Numbered from the whole stretch's first letter, positions 26,650 to 39,773 are shown. The stretch: 63,767 nt of DNA, filler included, from Octopus bimaculoides (GCF_001194135.2; 6 parts of 6 records of this genome joined end to end with filler, not necessarily neighbours in it); one strand, 5' to 3'. Program-made: numbers and translations. Notes: generated from the sequence alone by a model not told the origin.

Positions 26650-27170
26650 CCACAATGCTCGTTGCACCAACACTGCAATGCTCGATGCACCAATGCTACA
26701 ATGCTGTTTCCGCTCAGTGCTGCAATTCTCAGTTGCCATGACCATCAACCGTCTGTGCTCAATGTTACAGCCTTGGTGCTATGACCATCAATACTCAGTG
26801 CGACAATCCTCAACACCTTGATGCTCAACACTATATGCAACCTTCAATGCTCAATGCTACAACCCTCAATGCTGCTCCCTTCAGTGCTCAGTACTTCAGC
26901 CCTCAACACTGTGCACAATGCTACAACACTCAATACCATCAGCTCAAATAGAGTAACAGTCAAATTTGCAACACTCAGTTCTTTGGTACCCAATGCTCAG
27001 TGCTACCCACCCCTCAAAAACTTGAGGTTCAATGCTCAGTGCTACACAACCCTCAGTGCTTGATGTTCAATGTTTGTAATACTCAGTGCTACTCAGCATT
27101 TAATGTCCAATGCTACAACAACGCTCAGTGCCGTTCAACCCTCAGCACTCGATTTTCACCACTTTCCACT
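26650..27170. repeat. Degenerate minisatellite built on CTCA(A/G)TGCT / CTACAAC motifs
   Basis: Many imperfect ctcaatgct/ctcagtgct units at irregular spacing. Confidence 0.75.
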
Positions 27171-27509
27171 GCGAGGCTCCAAAACTTGACACAGACATAA
27201 ATAAAAAAACTGTCAGTTTGATGTTGTACTGACTTTTAAATTCTATTGTTTAAACATGACCTATATAGCATTACATGCGTGTGCGCGCCTCTTTGTGTTA
27301 CTTCCTCTCTCCCTCACTCCTCCTCTCTTTCTCTGTCCTTCTCTTTCTCTCTCCACCTTCCCCCCTTATCCTATTTCATTCTGTGTATCAAATATTTACA
27401 TCTNNNNNNNNNNCCCCCAATCATCACTCCACAAAACTCTGCCTGTAACTCTTCATTTATGAGAAGTTCAACTTGAATAGCAAGTTTGACCTATATACAC
27501 ACACTGTAT

Positions 27510-27551
<42 letters not shown>

Positions 27552-28295
27552 GTATTTTGTTGTTGAACGCTTTTCTATATTATTTCTGTGTGTGTGTGTG
27601 TGTGATAACTAGGGACTATATTCTGTTGTGTACACATCTGTTTCTAGGCATGGGAAAAGCTCTACAGAAGTGTGTTAGAAAAACTGACAGGAAATACCAT
27701 AGTTGTTGTTTAACCCCAGGTCAGATCTGATCCATCAAGCCTGTCAACAAAGGTGTCCTTCCAGGCATACCGATTCTATGATTCTACGGCTATCTTATCA
27801 ATTGGGTCCTGCTTTTTCGTTTTTTTTTTTCAAAGATGATAGTGTGATGGGTGGGAAATTTGGCTGCTGTTGCCAGCAGGTCAAGCAATTGTGTAGAGTA
27901 AGCAGAAAGGCTGGGTAATTCTTTTAGTACTAGGGGCAGGTTACAAACCTATAAGAATCAGTCATGGTAGGCAGGGATGGGTTGACTTGTCCTGAGAAAA
28001 TAAGGAACTTCTAATTTCACAAATTCATAATTGTGTAATTATTGTTTTGGAAGGGTTAACGATTAACCTTGCCTTTTTGTATGTGTTTTTAATGAGTGAC
28101 ATCAGACTTGAACACGGGACAGTTGTTTCCCATTTTCAATGTAGAAATACCTGTATTGGCTCTATGTGTGTGTGTGTGTGTGTGTATGTGTTTAGCCATG
28201 ATCAGCCTATCTTCAGTCTATTTTAGATTTTCCCAGTTTAAAATAAAAACCCATATCATTCAGGATTAACCTGATATGCTGTGTGAACAGCCACC

Positions 28296-28500
28296 ATATA
28301 AGAAATTCTCTCACTGGATTGTCTAATCCCTTATAACATAGTCCCTCACCGGATTATCTAATCCCTTATAAGAAATTCCTTACAGCATTATCTAAACCCT
28401 TATAAAAAAAGTTTCTTTGCTGGATTAGCTAATCTCACCAAATTGTTTAATCTCTTTTAAGAAATTCTTTTACTAGGTTATGCAATCCTTTGTCAGATTA
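28296..28500. repeat. Degenerate ~35-bp tandem repeat
   Basis: Recurrent ataagaaattc...ggattatctaatccctt units. Confidence 0.7.
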
Positions 28501-28653
28501 TGCAATTTTTTTTTTTTTAGTGAATTGTGTTAATCCTTTGTTGGACCATGTTATCCCTCTTCAATCTCTCAAAGTTGGTTGGAAGTTCTGTTCAGGAGTA
28601 GAGTAGGGAATTAAAGTAAATTTATAGAGATTACTTCTCCGATTCCTCTAATC

Positions 28654-28909
28654 CGGTGGTTCTCAACTAGGGGATCCATATAAGATTTTTTGGTTAAAAT
28701 TTGTGCAAAGACTTAACTTCACTTCTACAATACACAAAATATTCTTAACACTTCATTTTTATACATTTCCTAATAATATTTAATTATAAAAATACAATTG
28801 GGTTGTTTTGAAACATTAAATGATTATGGGGGGAGGGGGAGACCATGAGAGTAAAATAGGACTCAAAGAGATTTATAGGTAAAAAAAAGGGTGGAGGTCA
28901 GAATCACTG
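28654..28909. mobile_element. hAT (Charlie-like) MITE
   Basis: Degenerate TIRs cggtggttctcaac / ggtcagaatcactg. 8-bp flanks ctctaatc / ctccaacc match at 6 of 8. Confidence 0.6.
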
Positions 28910-29144
28910 CTCCAACCCCTCTTCCATTTTAAAACAATATCAACCAAGGGTCATCTAGCTGCTATATTGGACTGATTAATTACATAAAAGTCAAAAGGAA
29001 ATTTTGTATTAAAAGAATTGGAACCAGTGTTTTGGGTTCAGTCCTTTTATGAAAGAAAAGAAATAAAAATAGTACCATGCTCGCTTATCTGGGTGTCAAT
29101 GTCAGATATTTTCCTCTCCTCCTGGGCCAACTAAATTCACTTTA

Positions 29145-29955
29145 ATTATAACCTCTGCCTTAGCGAAGGTGGAGGTATTGTTTTCAGTCGTGTTTGTTGG
29201 TTTGTCCGTGTACAAGATATCTCAAGAACTGCTGGATAGATTCGGATGAAACTTTCAGGGATGTTTGGCCTTGTGACTGGTACAAACTGATTACATTTTG
29301 GGATCAATCCAGTACCGGACAATGGTTCTGGATTAATTTTCCGATTTTTTTTTTTTTTACTTTATATGTATGTGTAAAGTTTCATATGGTTCTCTTGTAC
29401 ATGCACACACAAACACTAACACATCTTCAGTGTTGAACATTACCATCCCATTTCCATTGTACACACGCAAACATACCTTTCTTTTACACACACACATATA
29501 CTCACACTTCAAACAACGTTTATTGGCTAATTCACTCCTCCCCTCATTATTCATCTATCACCCCTTCTTTTCTCTCACTTCCTCTCAATCCTGGCCATTA
29601 TTCTCACTACTTCTCCTTCACTGTATTGGTATTTCATCTCCTCTCACTACTTCTCCTTCACTGTATTGGTATTTCATCTCCTCTCACTACTTCTCCTTCA
29701 CTGTATTGGTATTTCATCTCCTCTCACTACTTCTCCTTCACTGTATTGGTATTTCATCTCCTCTCACTCAATATATCTATATAGTTAGATTATTTTTCCA
29801 TTTGAGAGTGGTCGGGTCCATTTTCAGTATTCTTGTTTGTGAGAGAAGTCGAGTTTATTTCAGATATTCTCAGTTTAAAAATCATCTCTGGCTAATCATT
29901 GAGAGGACATTGGTGTTGCCTTGGTGTAGGTTTGCGCTCTCTGAGTGCTCTTGTT
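29145..29955 (+). mobile_element. Helentron-associated / DINE-1-like non-autonomous element
   Basis: 5' hairpin acctctgcctt-agcg-aaggtggaggt, then gttttcagtcgtgtttgttggtttgtc...gatgaaactttcaggg, and 3' end ccttggtgtaggtttgcgctctctgagtgctcttgtt. Resembles the recalled HINE architecture. Confidence 0.6.
29603..29769. repeat. Perfect 40-bp minisatellite x4
   Basis: ctcactacttctccttcactgtattggtatttcatctcct starts at 29603, 29643, 29683 and 29723. Confidence 0.97.
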
Positions 29956-31427
29956 GCATATCATTACTGATTTGATTACTATAATTAATTTAATTACCAC
30001 ATATCTTTCAGATTCTTTATTTCGGATACTGATTCTCACAAGTGTTTTTGTTTTTTTTTCTTCTTTTTTTTTTAACCGATTCTTGATTTTACATAAAAAC
30101 CAGTCTAGTGTCCAATCTCCTTTGAATTTCTCATAACAGAAAGCAAAGTAGGTTGGGTTAGAACTTTATTTTGGTTAACTGAACCAAATTCCATTCTGAA
30201 ATGTAAAAGTGTGAATCTCTGGTGGGGGGTGAGTGGGTGTTGATATAAAATATGTAAACAATGTCAAAGATATAAAAATGACCACAACAATCCTTTGTTT
30301 TCTGTCAATGTATATACACAATGTATATACAATGTATATACACAAATAGCATATACACAAATGGCAAAGTGCCAAGCTGGCAGAAACGTTAGCACGCTGG
30401 GTGAAATGCTTAGAGCTATTTTGTCTGTCTTCAAATTCCACCGAGGTCAATTTTGCCTTTTTTCTTTCAGGGTCGATAAATTAAGTACCAGTTGCATAGT
30501 GGGGTCGATCTAATCGACTGGCTCCTCCCCCCAAAATTTCAGGCCTTGTGCCTAGAGTAGAAAAGAATATATACACATATAGCATCTCACACACACATGC
30601 AATAAATAAATATATTTACATACATATCAGTGCATAAACGTGTTCACATGTACATACACATACACACGCACATATCTATACACTTACATACCTAAATACA
30701 TACATACATACATACATACATAAGTACATACATAATGCATACATACATACATAAGTACATACATACATACATACTTACATACATAAGTATATACGTACGT
30801 ACATACGTGCGTATAGGTGTGCACGCATACATATGCATGTACACATGCATACGCACTTACATACATACATACATACATACATACATGCACACATACATAC
30901 ATATCATGAACTCACTGTTACTTTCTCAGATGCAGCACAGGATTTTGTCAGTGACCAGGTCACAGTTTCAAAGCCACAAAAATATTTTGACAAATTAAAT
31001 TTAAATGTTGGAGTGAATCTAATGTTTTTTGTGTGTTTCTTAAATGGCTTATAAACACCTTCCATGCTGCAATTGTAAATATATGACTCACTTCCTGTGC
31101 ATTATTCTGTGCACTTTTGGCTGCTTTTATTGATAAGTTGTGGTGCACCTAAGCGCTGTGTTTTATTTTTTATTTGTACATGTGAGACTCTGTGTTTGTG
31201 GTGGTATTGGCTGTTTCTTTATGGTTGATTATGGACATTGTATGATGGTGGTGGTGGTGTTGGTGGTACTTACTAAAACCCAGTCATGTGTTGAAACAAG
31301 TGAAATTTCACAGTTCATTGCACAATCTATCACTTTCGTAATAGGATTATCCTCATTAAATTATATATTTACTTTAAAACCACAGATCACACACTAAATC
31401 AACTTCGTCTGAGTTAACATATTCTTT

Positions 31428-31471
<44 letters not shown>

Positions 31472-32002
31472 CTTGCAACAAGGCTGTGTCTGAAGTGTGG
31501 GCAGTATGTGTGGTTTGTATCTGGTCAGCACTTACTGTACTCTTAACGTAGCCCAAGACACTTGACTTAAATCAATCTTAATCATCCAGTTTAATGCCAT
31601 GACCCTCTCCCTCTGGATATCTTCACCTCTTCATTGGAAGCCTCTAAAGCAGGTCTTGGATCAATCTCTGGTCTGAGAATAGCTTTCTTCCCTCTTTCCA
31701 TCAATGTTGTAGGAGGAGGCCTTCCTGCAGGTCATAAATGCTGTTTTTCCATCTTCACTATAAATAAAGTTGATCTGCACCACGACCACCACTAACTACA
31801 GCTCCCATAATCTCTCTCTCGTGCACACACGTGCACTATTCACGTTTGCTCACTCACGAGATGTGGATCCAAAAGACCATCCAACTCATTGGCGACAATC
31901 CGCTCACCAACACATCACAACCTCTCTGGCCTGTGGCCGTGCTGTGTGTTTGTTTAGGTGCCTTGTGTGAATGTATATCGAGTCAGGACATTGCCATTGT
32001 GT

Positions 32003-32037
<35 letters not shown>

Positions 32038-32294
32038 TATATTGTGTGGATAGGTGTGTTTATTGTGGTTGTTTCCATTGAAAGTTCGGCCCATTGCTAA
32101 TTAATCTGTTCTTTTGGTAATCGAAAGGATTAACTAATAAAAAAAAAAAAAAGATTCTCTCCTGTATCTAAAGTATGGATTAATGATATAATCCCAACTG
32201 ATTAAATCCAGCTAATTACTATCCATCCACATGTCCACTTGCTCAATATATCTATATATGCACACTCACACGCACAGATGCACAAGTGTGTGTA

Positions 32295-32331
<37 letters not shown>

Positions 32332-33217
32332 NNNNNNNNNNNNNNNNNNNNNNNNNNNNNNNNNNNNNNNNNNNNTTAATTAATTAANNNNNNNNNNNNN
32401 NNNNNNNNNNNNNNNNNNNNNNNNNNNNNNNATATATATGCATATATATATATATATCTTTATATAGATATTTCTATTTATTATTCTTATACAAGAATGT
32501 TATTGACAGTGACTTCGTGTTTTAGCCAGCTAACCTGCTAGTATTCAACTGTTTGTAAGTATGATTGTACATTAAAACACCACACACACACACACACACA
32601 CACATACCCATCATACACGCACACATACACACACACCACATACATACATGGTTCATAATCACACAAAAAAACTGAGACAGATTGGGGATAACGAACAAGG
32701 TGTGTTAGTTTGACACTCCAGAAAATGGAAGAAGGCTTTGATATTTTGAGCCTACGCTCTTCTACAGAAAGGAATGGGGGAGAGAAAACAGAGAAAGAGA
32801 GGGGAAAAGGAGAAAAAAAGTATCTGTAAGTTCGTGCGAGTATCTCATGTATGTATGTATGTATGTATGTATGTATGTATGTATGTATGTATGTATGTAT
32901 GTGTATACATGCATTCATATACATACACACACACAGACACATATATATACATGTATACACATCACACACACACTTATAATTTATATAAAATATATATAAA
33001 ATTTAACAGAAACACAACAAGCGGAAATATTACAGAAATATAACATAAAAATTCGTAGCTTATTCCTCATCAGTCAACGTCTAAAAGATCATTACAATTT
33101 CGCGCCTTTATATTCATAGTCGGTGATATAGGGATAGTGGTACAAATAAATACGTTTGGACTTGATATAGGAAATATACATACATTCACGCATGAATGCA
33201 TACATACATACATACGT

Positions 33218-33263
<46 letters not shown>

Positions 33264-33469
33264 ATATAGATAGGGATGTGCTTATAGAGAAGCACAAACT
33301 GAAAATATTCCGAAGATAAGCATTCGTGTATAAACATATAGATATTTACAGAACAAATTCACATGGTGTACAAAAAATACAGCTCTCGATAAACATTTCG
33401 GAATGTAAGTTCAAATCATTTGAGTATGACTACGTGCTTCCTATACTGAGCATCTCTAGATCTCACCTG

Positions 33470-34390
33470 TTGATTCTATATATATTTTGAGGTCCTGTCA
33501 GAAGCCCCTGTCTCCAGTTGATCCGGTTGGATCCCCAAGCGAAACTAACCAAGCTAAAAGATGTTATCCAAACATCTTGTCCGGGATCTACTCCTGTGTC
33601 TCCTGCCGGTTGGTGTGGCCCATAAAACTTGTTCAGCGATTCTTTCACATGCCCGTAGGATCCGAGCTGTGATCTTTTAATTCGGAGGAGTTGCTTTATC
33701 TAAACCACCTTTCTGAGCTACGTACTTTATCATGTAACGTTACTCGAAAAACCCTTCGGAGTAGCTTCATTTCTGTCGCTTGCATTTGCGATCGTATGCT
33801 TTCGGTCATTACCCAAGATTCATGATCATAGGTAAGGGTAGGCACGAATACCGAATTGAAGATAGCAAGTTTGGCTTTTACACCCGCCTTCCTTCTGATG
33901 GCGGAATTCTCAAGCTGGTGCATTACTGCACCGGCTCCTGCAATTCTTGCAATAAATTCAGCCCCTGCTTTTCATCATTCGTGAAAATAACCCCGAACTT
34001 CTTCACCTGCTTCAGTGGAGCTTCACTTACATGTAGGGTGTATTGTGCAGGCTTCTTTGAGAAGACGAGTGTCTCAATCTTCGCAGCACTGACTGTCATT
34101 CCTGCCGAGTAACACTCGGCCGTAAATCCATTAAGTGTATGTCGGAGATGAGTCGAGTTGTGAGTACCATGCCTGCCGAGGATGTACCAACAGAGGTTCC
34201 ACTTCCTACGAACAGAACAGCATTGCCGGGACACAAAGAAAACACGAACTACGCAAGTCCAGAGCCAACTCCTTACCTTCAGTCCCAGCAGTCCACAGAG
34301 CCTTCCAAGCAGGCATCGGCCACAGGTGGACACACCGTTTCCCGTCTTCTTTTCCTATGTGATGTCCTCGGTCATCGTCGACAACGACGG
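33470..34390 (-). mobile_element. RTE-like LINE RT C-terminal relic
   Basis: 'AKLAIFNSVFVPTLTYDHESW..QATEMKLLRRVFRVTLHDKVRS' and 'ECYSAGMTVSAAKIETLVF'. Confidence 0.8.
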
Positions 34391-34804
34391 ACAAATTAAT
34401 ATACTATAAAATGAATGAGTATGTATGTGTGCGTGTGTGCGCGCGTGTGTATACGCGTGCGTGCGTGCGTGTATGCGCGCGCATATGTGTGTGTGTGATT
34501 TACTTGCAAAATTTTCGTTTTGAGCTATTTTCTAGCACAATGCCCTTAAAAAGGTTGAGCTGCTCTTTATGAAATTTATCTGTTAACTCTGTGCTGCGCT
34601 GTATTACCAAGTAAGCAGCTATATAACATTTTAGTGATGTAATGAAAAAGTAATTCAATTCGGTGGATTGTACAACAAAAGGTGGCTTTTATTCCTACTC
34701 AACGGAAATGATTACTTCTGTGGTTTAGAAATGTAAACCTTTACCTCAGGTTTGACTTTTATGCAGCTTTGTTTACATGAAGGTAATGGCAGGATTGTGA
34801 GAGG

Positions 34805-34901
<97 letters not shown>

Positions 34902-35041
34902 GTATAGGAATACAGACACTAAATTGCATAAACATGTGTACACAAAAATCCGAATACGTGCTTTTGCATACATACGCACATACACACGCATGTAAATACA
35001 TATTCACATATTCACATATATACAATAAATATTATGTGTAA

Positions 35042-35123
<82 letters not shown>

Positions 35124-35659
35124 NNNNNNNNNNNNNNNNNNNNNNNNNNNNNNNNNNNNNNNNNNNNNNNNNNNNNNNNNNNNNNNNNNNNNNNNNNNNN
35201 NNNNNNNNNNNNNNNNNNNNNNNNNNNNNNNNNNNNNNNNNNNNNNNNNNNNNNNNNNNNNNNNNNNNNNNNNNNNNNNNNNNNNNNNNNNNNNNNNNNN
35301 NNNNNNNNNNNNNNNNNNNNNNNNNNNNNNNNNNNNNNNNNNNNNNNNNNNNNNNNNNNNNNNNNNNNNNNNNNNNNNNNNNNNNNNNNNNNNNNNNNNN
35401 NNNNNNNNNNNNNNNNNNNNNNNNNNNNNNNNNNNNNNNNNNNNNNNNNNNNNNNNNNNNNNNNNNNNNNNNNNNNNNNNNNNNNNNNNNNNNNNNNNNN
35501 NNNNNNNNNNNATATATATATATATATATATATATATACGAAACGACAGGTATAATTTAGTTTTCATCTACCAAATCCATTTACAAAGCTTCGGTTGCCC
35601 TAAGTGCTACGCAGTGAGACTAAACTCCAAATCTTTGTGTTAGGATGGAAACTTATTAC

Positions 35660-36045
35660 CATACAGTCACACTCCGTTATGGCGACGAGGGTTCCAGTTG
35701 ATCCGATCAACGGAACAGCCTGCTCGTGAAATTTACGTGCAAGTGGCTGAGCACTCTAGCGACACGTGTACCCTTAACGTATTTCTCGAGGAGATTCAGC
35801 GTGACATGGAGTGTGACAAAGCTGGTCCTTTGAAATACAAATACAACAGAAATACAAAGAAAGAGTGAAAGAAAGTTGTGGTGAAAGAGTACAACAGAGT
35901 TTGCCAACCCCCCCACCTGCCGTAGCCTCGTGGAGCTTTAGGTATTTTCGCTCAATAAACATCCACAACGCTTGGTATGGGAATCGAAACCACGATTCTT
36001 CGACTGCGAGTCCGCTGCCCTAAGCACTGGGCCATTGCTCCTCCA
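35660..36045 (-). mobile_element. tRNA(Arg)-like-headed SINE (same family as 11175)
   Basis: Reverse-complement homology to 11175-11552 over its length. Confidence 0.85.
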
Positions 36046-37459
36046 CACACACGCACACAAACTTATTTGGAAATAGATGCGTGGCGTTCAATTAAATAAT
36101 AATATAAATAATATATATGTATGCATATATGGGTACAGGACGTCACCAACTGTATAAACAGCACGAAATATGAAAGCAAACGAGTTAAAAACGCAAACAA
36201 CGAGAGAAAACAAATGGAAAACAGATCAAGTAAACACAGAGAACGACCCTTCATCAATTGTCGGCTGTCTATCTACTCCTCATTTCGAGCATTCAATGAC
36301 AATATAAGTCTTCGAAGACAGTTGCTCTCATAAATTCCAAAATAAAATTTAGGATTTATGGTGGGTCAAAGTTGGGAACAAAATCAGGACAGTGAAGACA
36401 TACAAGGAAACCAAACGAAAACGAACATGGAGGGTCGTTAGACCAGAACGAAAGGAAAATAGTGAACGCTGGGAGAAATATATTCCTTGAAAAGAAAAAA
36501 AGATAGAAGAGAGAGAAAGAAAACGTCCAGTCTATAGAACGTCCGCGCAGGAAAAGAAAGATGGACGATGGTCACGTATGAGCAACGAGAGAGAGAAAAA
36601 GAGAGAGAGAAAAAGAGAGAAAAAAAGAGAGAGGGAGAGAGTATGTGTGTATGTAAACCGTGTGTATTCAATCCTATTGAAATTCACTGATGCACACACC
36701 TATACAATATATGGAGTTTCATCTGTATGTGTCTTTTCTATATGAGTGCATGTACTTATTTACGAAAGACTATGTAAGCAATAATTCATTTCATGCGCGT
36801 TCAAGCGCGCTTACCTGTATTTGTATGGGGTTATTCGCGTGCGTTCATGTGTCTACGGGTATGCGTAATTACCTGTGCAAGGTACGTATTTCTGTGCGCG
36901 TGTAAGTGCTTTGGGATGAGCAACTAGTGAGAAAAGTACAAGTAGTACATCGAACAGCAGTGAACCCGATCTATACCCCCAGAGCACCAAAGATACATTC
37001 ATATCAATATACGGGTCTTCAGTTTCTTTATTACTTTGTTTATTTATCTCAGCACCTTTTTTTCCTCCTGGAATGTCCAACAGATGGCGTAGTAAAAGAT
37101 TCCAAATCATTAATTACTAAAATCAACATCTTTGTGTGTGGTGGTGGTGGTGGTGAGGGGCGGTGCGTACGCACGTGATTCTATGTATGCATACGTACAT
37201 TTGTGCGTGTATGGGGGGGGGGCGTGTGCATATAACACCTTCAACCTTTTACCTCTTATTTGTTTTAGTCACTGAACTGTGGCCATGCTGGGACACTGCC
37301 TTGAAAGATTTCGTAGAAAAAATTGATCCAGTATTTCTTTTAAAATCTGGCACTTACTCTATTGGTTTCTTTTGTCGCCAGAATAGTGGATGTAAATAAG
37401 GCAAACACAAACACACACATACACATATACACACAAACGCTTACATATCTATCTATCTA

Positions 37460-37516
<57 letters not shown>

Positions 37517-37754
37517 CATACATACACACATATATACATATATATATATATATACATACAAATATATACATACATACATATATACGTGCGGATATATATA
37601 TATATATATATATAGATAGATATATAGGCAAAGTAAGAAAGAAAGAGAGCGGGTAGGCGAGATAGAGTCTACTGTTCCGTTAAAGTAAGATATAAAAAAA
37701 GTATTCCATCCAGTGACAGATAAATATTATTTAATGTACGTCATATGAAGACAA

Positions 37755-37843
37755 GAGCTACTAATAGTTTCTTGCTGAGAGGACACGTGGCTAGGTAGAT
37801 TTTTACAACATGCCTTGTATCGCCAAGCAATTTTTTAGGCTCT
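37755..37843 (-). ncRNA. Type I hammerhead ribozyme relic, family A (core mutated to CUAAAAA)
   Basis: Stem I AGAGC/GCUCU, stem II UUGCU/AGCAA, GAAAC-UAUU-AGUA. Core G5 and G8 are lost. Confidence 0.7.
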
Positions 37844-37934
37844 GAGCATATCCTGAAGATTGTTTGGAGACACAAGGCACGTTATAAAAACCTGTCTAGC
37901 CACATCTCTCACAACAAGAAACTATAAGTAGCTC
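37844..37934 (+). ncRNA. Type I hammerhead ribozyme, family A
   Basis: CUGAAGA 37853-59, stem II UUGUU/AACAA plus GAGA/UCUC, GAAAC 37918-22, stem III ACU/AGU, GUA site 37928-30. Stem I is imperfect because GAGC is displaced by 5 nt. Confidence 0.75.
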
Positions 37935-37965
37935 TTGTATGTCTTCATATTATATACATTAAATG

Positions 37966-37996
<31 letters not shown>

Positions 37997-38061
37997 CATG
38001 CATGCTTGCATGCATGTATTGCAATAAACCACTATTTTTTCCTCCTTTCTATGAAATAAGT

Positions 38062-38975
38062 ACTCTTTTACTCTTTTACTTGTTTCAGTCATTTGACTGT
38101 GGCCATGCTGGAACACCGCATTTATAGTTGAGCAAATCGACCCCAGAGCTTATTCTTTGTAAGCCTAGTACTTATTCTATCGGTCTCTTTTGCCGAACCG
38201 CTAAGTTACGGGGACCTAAACACACTAGCATCGGTTGTCAAGCGATGTTGGGGGGACAAACACAGACACACAAACATATACACANNNNNNNNNNNNNNNN
38301 NNNNNNNNNNNNNNNNNNNNNNNNNNNNNNNNNNNNNNNNNNNNNNNNNTACGTATATACAACGGGCTTCTTTCAGTTTCCATCTACCAAATCCACTCAC
38401 AAGGCTTTGGTCGGCCCGAGGCTATAGTGGAAGATACTTGCCCAAGATGCCACGCAGTGGGACTGAATCCGGAACCATGTAGTTCGTAAGCAAGCTACTT
38501 TATTTCATTAAAATTCGCCATTGGAGGCGTTACAGAGAGGGGACAAACAAGGACAGACAAACATAAGGGGGAAGTAGCTTAAACGTTTTTTAAAAAAATT
38601 TTACAAGTTTCGAATAAATTAATATATGATTAAAAATTAATTAAAAAGTTAATTTTAAAATATTACACAAGAAATCATTGCGCTTCGCAATGAGGCAGCT
38701 AGAAGGAAGGCACCCGACCATCCTGGTAGAACCTTTGCTTCCCAAATTGACCTCACTTATTTGGTGCCAATCTCACTCAGCTTGCGTTCCACAGACTTCC
38801 ATCTTTTCGTAAACATATCTCGTGACAGGCACTTTCTCTCCAGCCTGATCTTACTACTGAAGTGGTAACTAAAAAAGTTAACCAACCCCTGGCCGGAGAC
38901 AAAGGTACCTGTCACTATACCTTTCACACGCGTCTTCCAAAGCTACTTACCACACAGCCACTCCTACGCCAGTAA
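38062..38975 (-). mobile_element. Composite tRNA-derived SINE with internal (CA)/(TA) run; head split by a LINE insertion
   Basis: Tail actcttttacttgtttcagtcatttgactgtggcc at 38062. Head interrupted at 38500 and resuming at 38949 (accacacagcc). Confidence 0.75.
38501..38939 (-). mobile_element. 5'-truncated L1/Tx1-like LINE 3' end with 9-bp TSD AAGCTACTT
   Basis: Minus translation 'WKTRVKG..FFSYHFSSKIRLERKCLSRDMFTKRWKSV'. Direct repeat aagctactt at 38492-38500 and 38940-38948. Clade call is from recalled similarity. Confidence 0.6.
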
Positions 38976-39711
38976 CATGCTAGGATAAATTTGACTGGAT
39001 AAAAGATCGTGACACTTTCGTGTGTGTTTCAAGCTTAAACTTCAGTCAAGCTCTGGAATCTGATTTATATTGTTGATGCCTTCAGATTTCTCTTTTCTTT
39101 CGTCTAACGCACTTATACGCACATACATATAACCTCCTCTTAAACTCCCACTCTCGTTCTTTCACTCTATTTCTCCCTTCATTGTTTTTCTCTCTCTCTC
39201 TCCTCTTTTCCTTTCTCTTTCTCTCTTTTCTCCCTCTCACTTACATACCTAAAGAGACTCATATGCTTACCACTAACATTTCATAGAGAAATTTTAGATT
39301 CGAATGATCATCATGAACTTTGCAGGACACAGTTGTAATGATATGCGAAGCAAGAGTCGCAGAGACAAAAAGTTTATTTGACAAATAGATATCAATAACA
39401 AACAACTGTAGAAAGGAACTCTGGATTTATGCATGAACACGTTCGAATTCTTCGAGATATTTTAGAGCAGGTTTGTATGTTCAGAGACACCATCAAAATC
39501 AGTGTTTGAAAAAAAAATGCAATTGAAAAAAGACACCAAAACCGTCTAAGCAATTATCTAGGACGATGGTAGTGATGGTGATGTTGGTGGTAATGGTGGG
39601 GATGGTTCTGCTGTTTCTGCTGCAGTTGCTATATTAACAGACATACTTTGTAAAGACATATTGGGGTACTACTGGCGTATCTGGTGCAGCATTTCTGCGA
39701 CAAGCGCACGT

Positions 39712-39773
<62 letters not shown>

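Noticed and set aside
29603-29769. Regularly spaced repeats as a CRISPR array
   Set aside because: The units are contiguous with no spacers, there are no cas genes, and the context is eukaryotic.
30931-30960. Possible micro-exon after ctttctcag
   Set aside because: Weak donor (gtcaca) and no similarity to the expected RNF19 sequence.
33045-33075. Minus-strand CUGAUGA-GGAAUAAGCUAC-GAAU at the end of a faint PLE-like relic; similar traces at ~19035 and ~37015
   Set aside because: Stems II and III and the cleavage triplet are too decayed to support a call.
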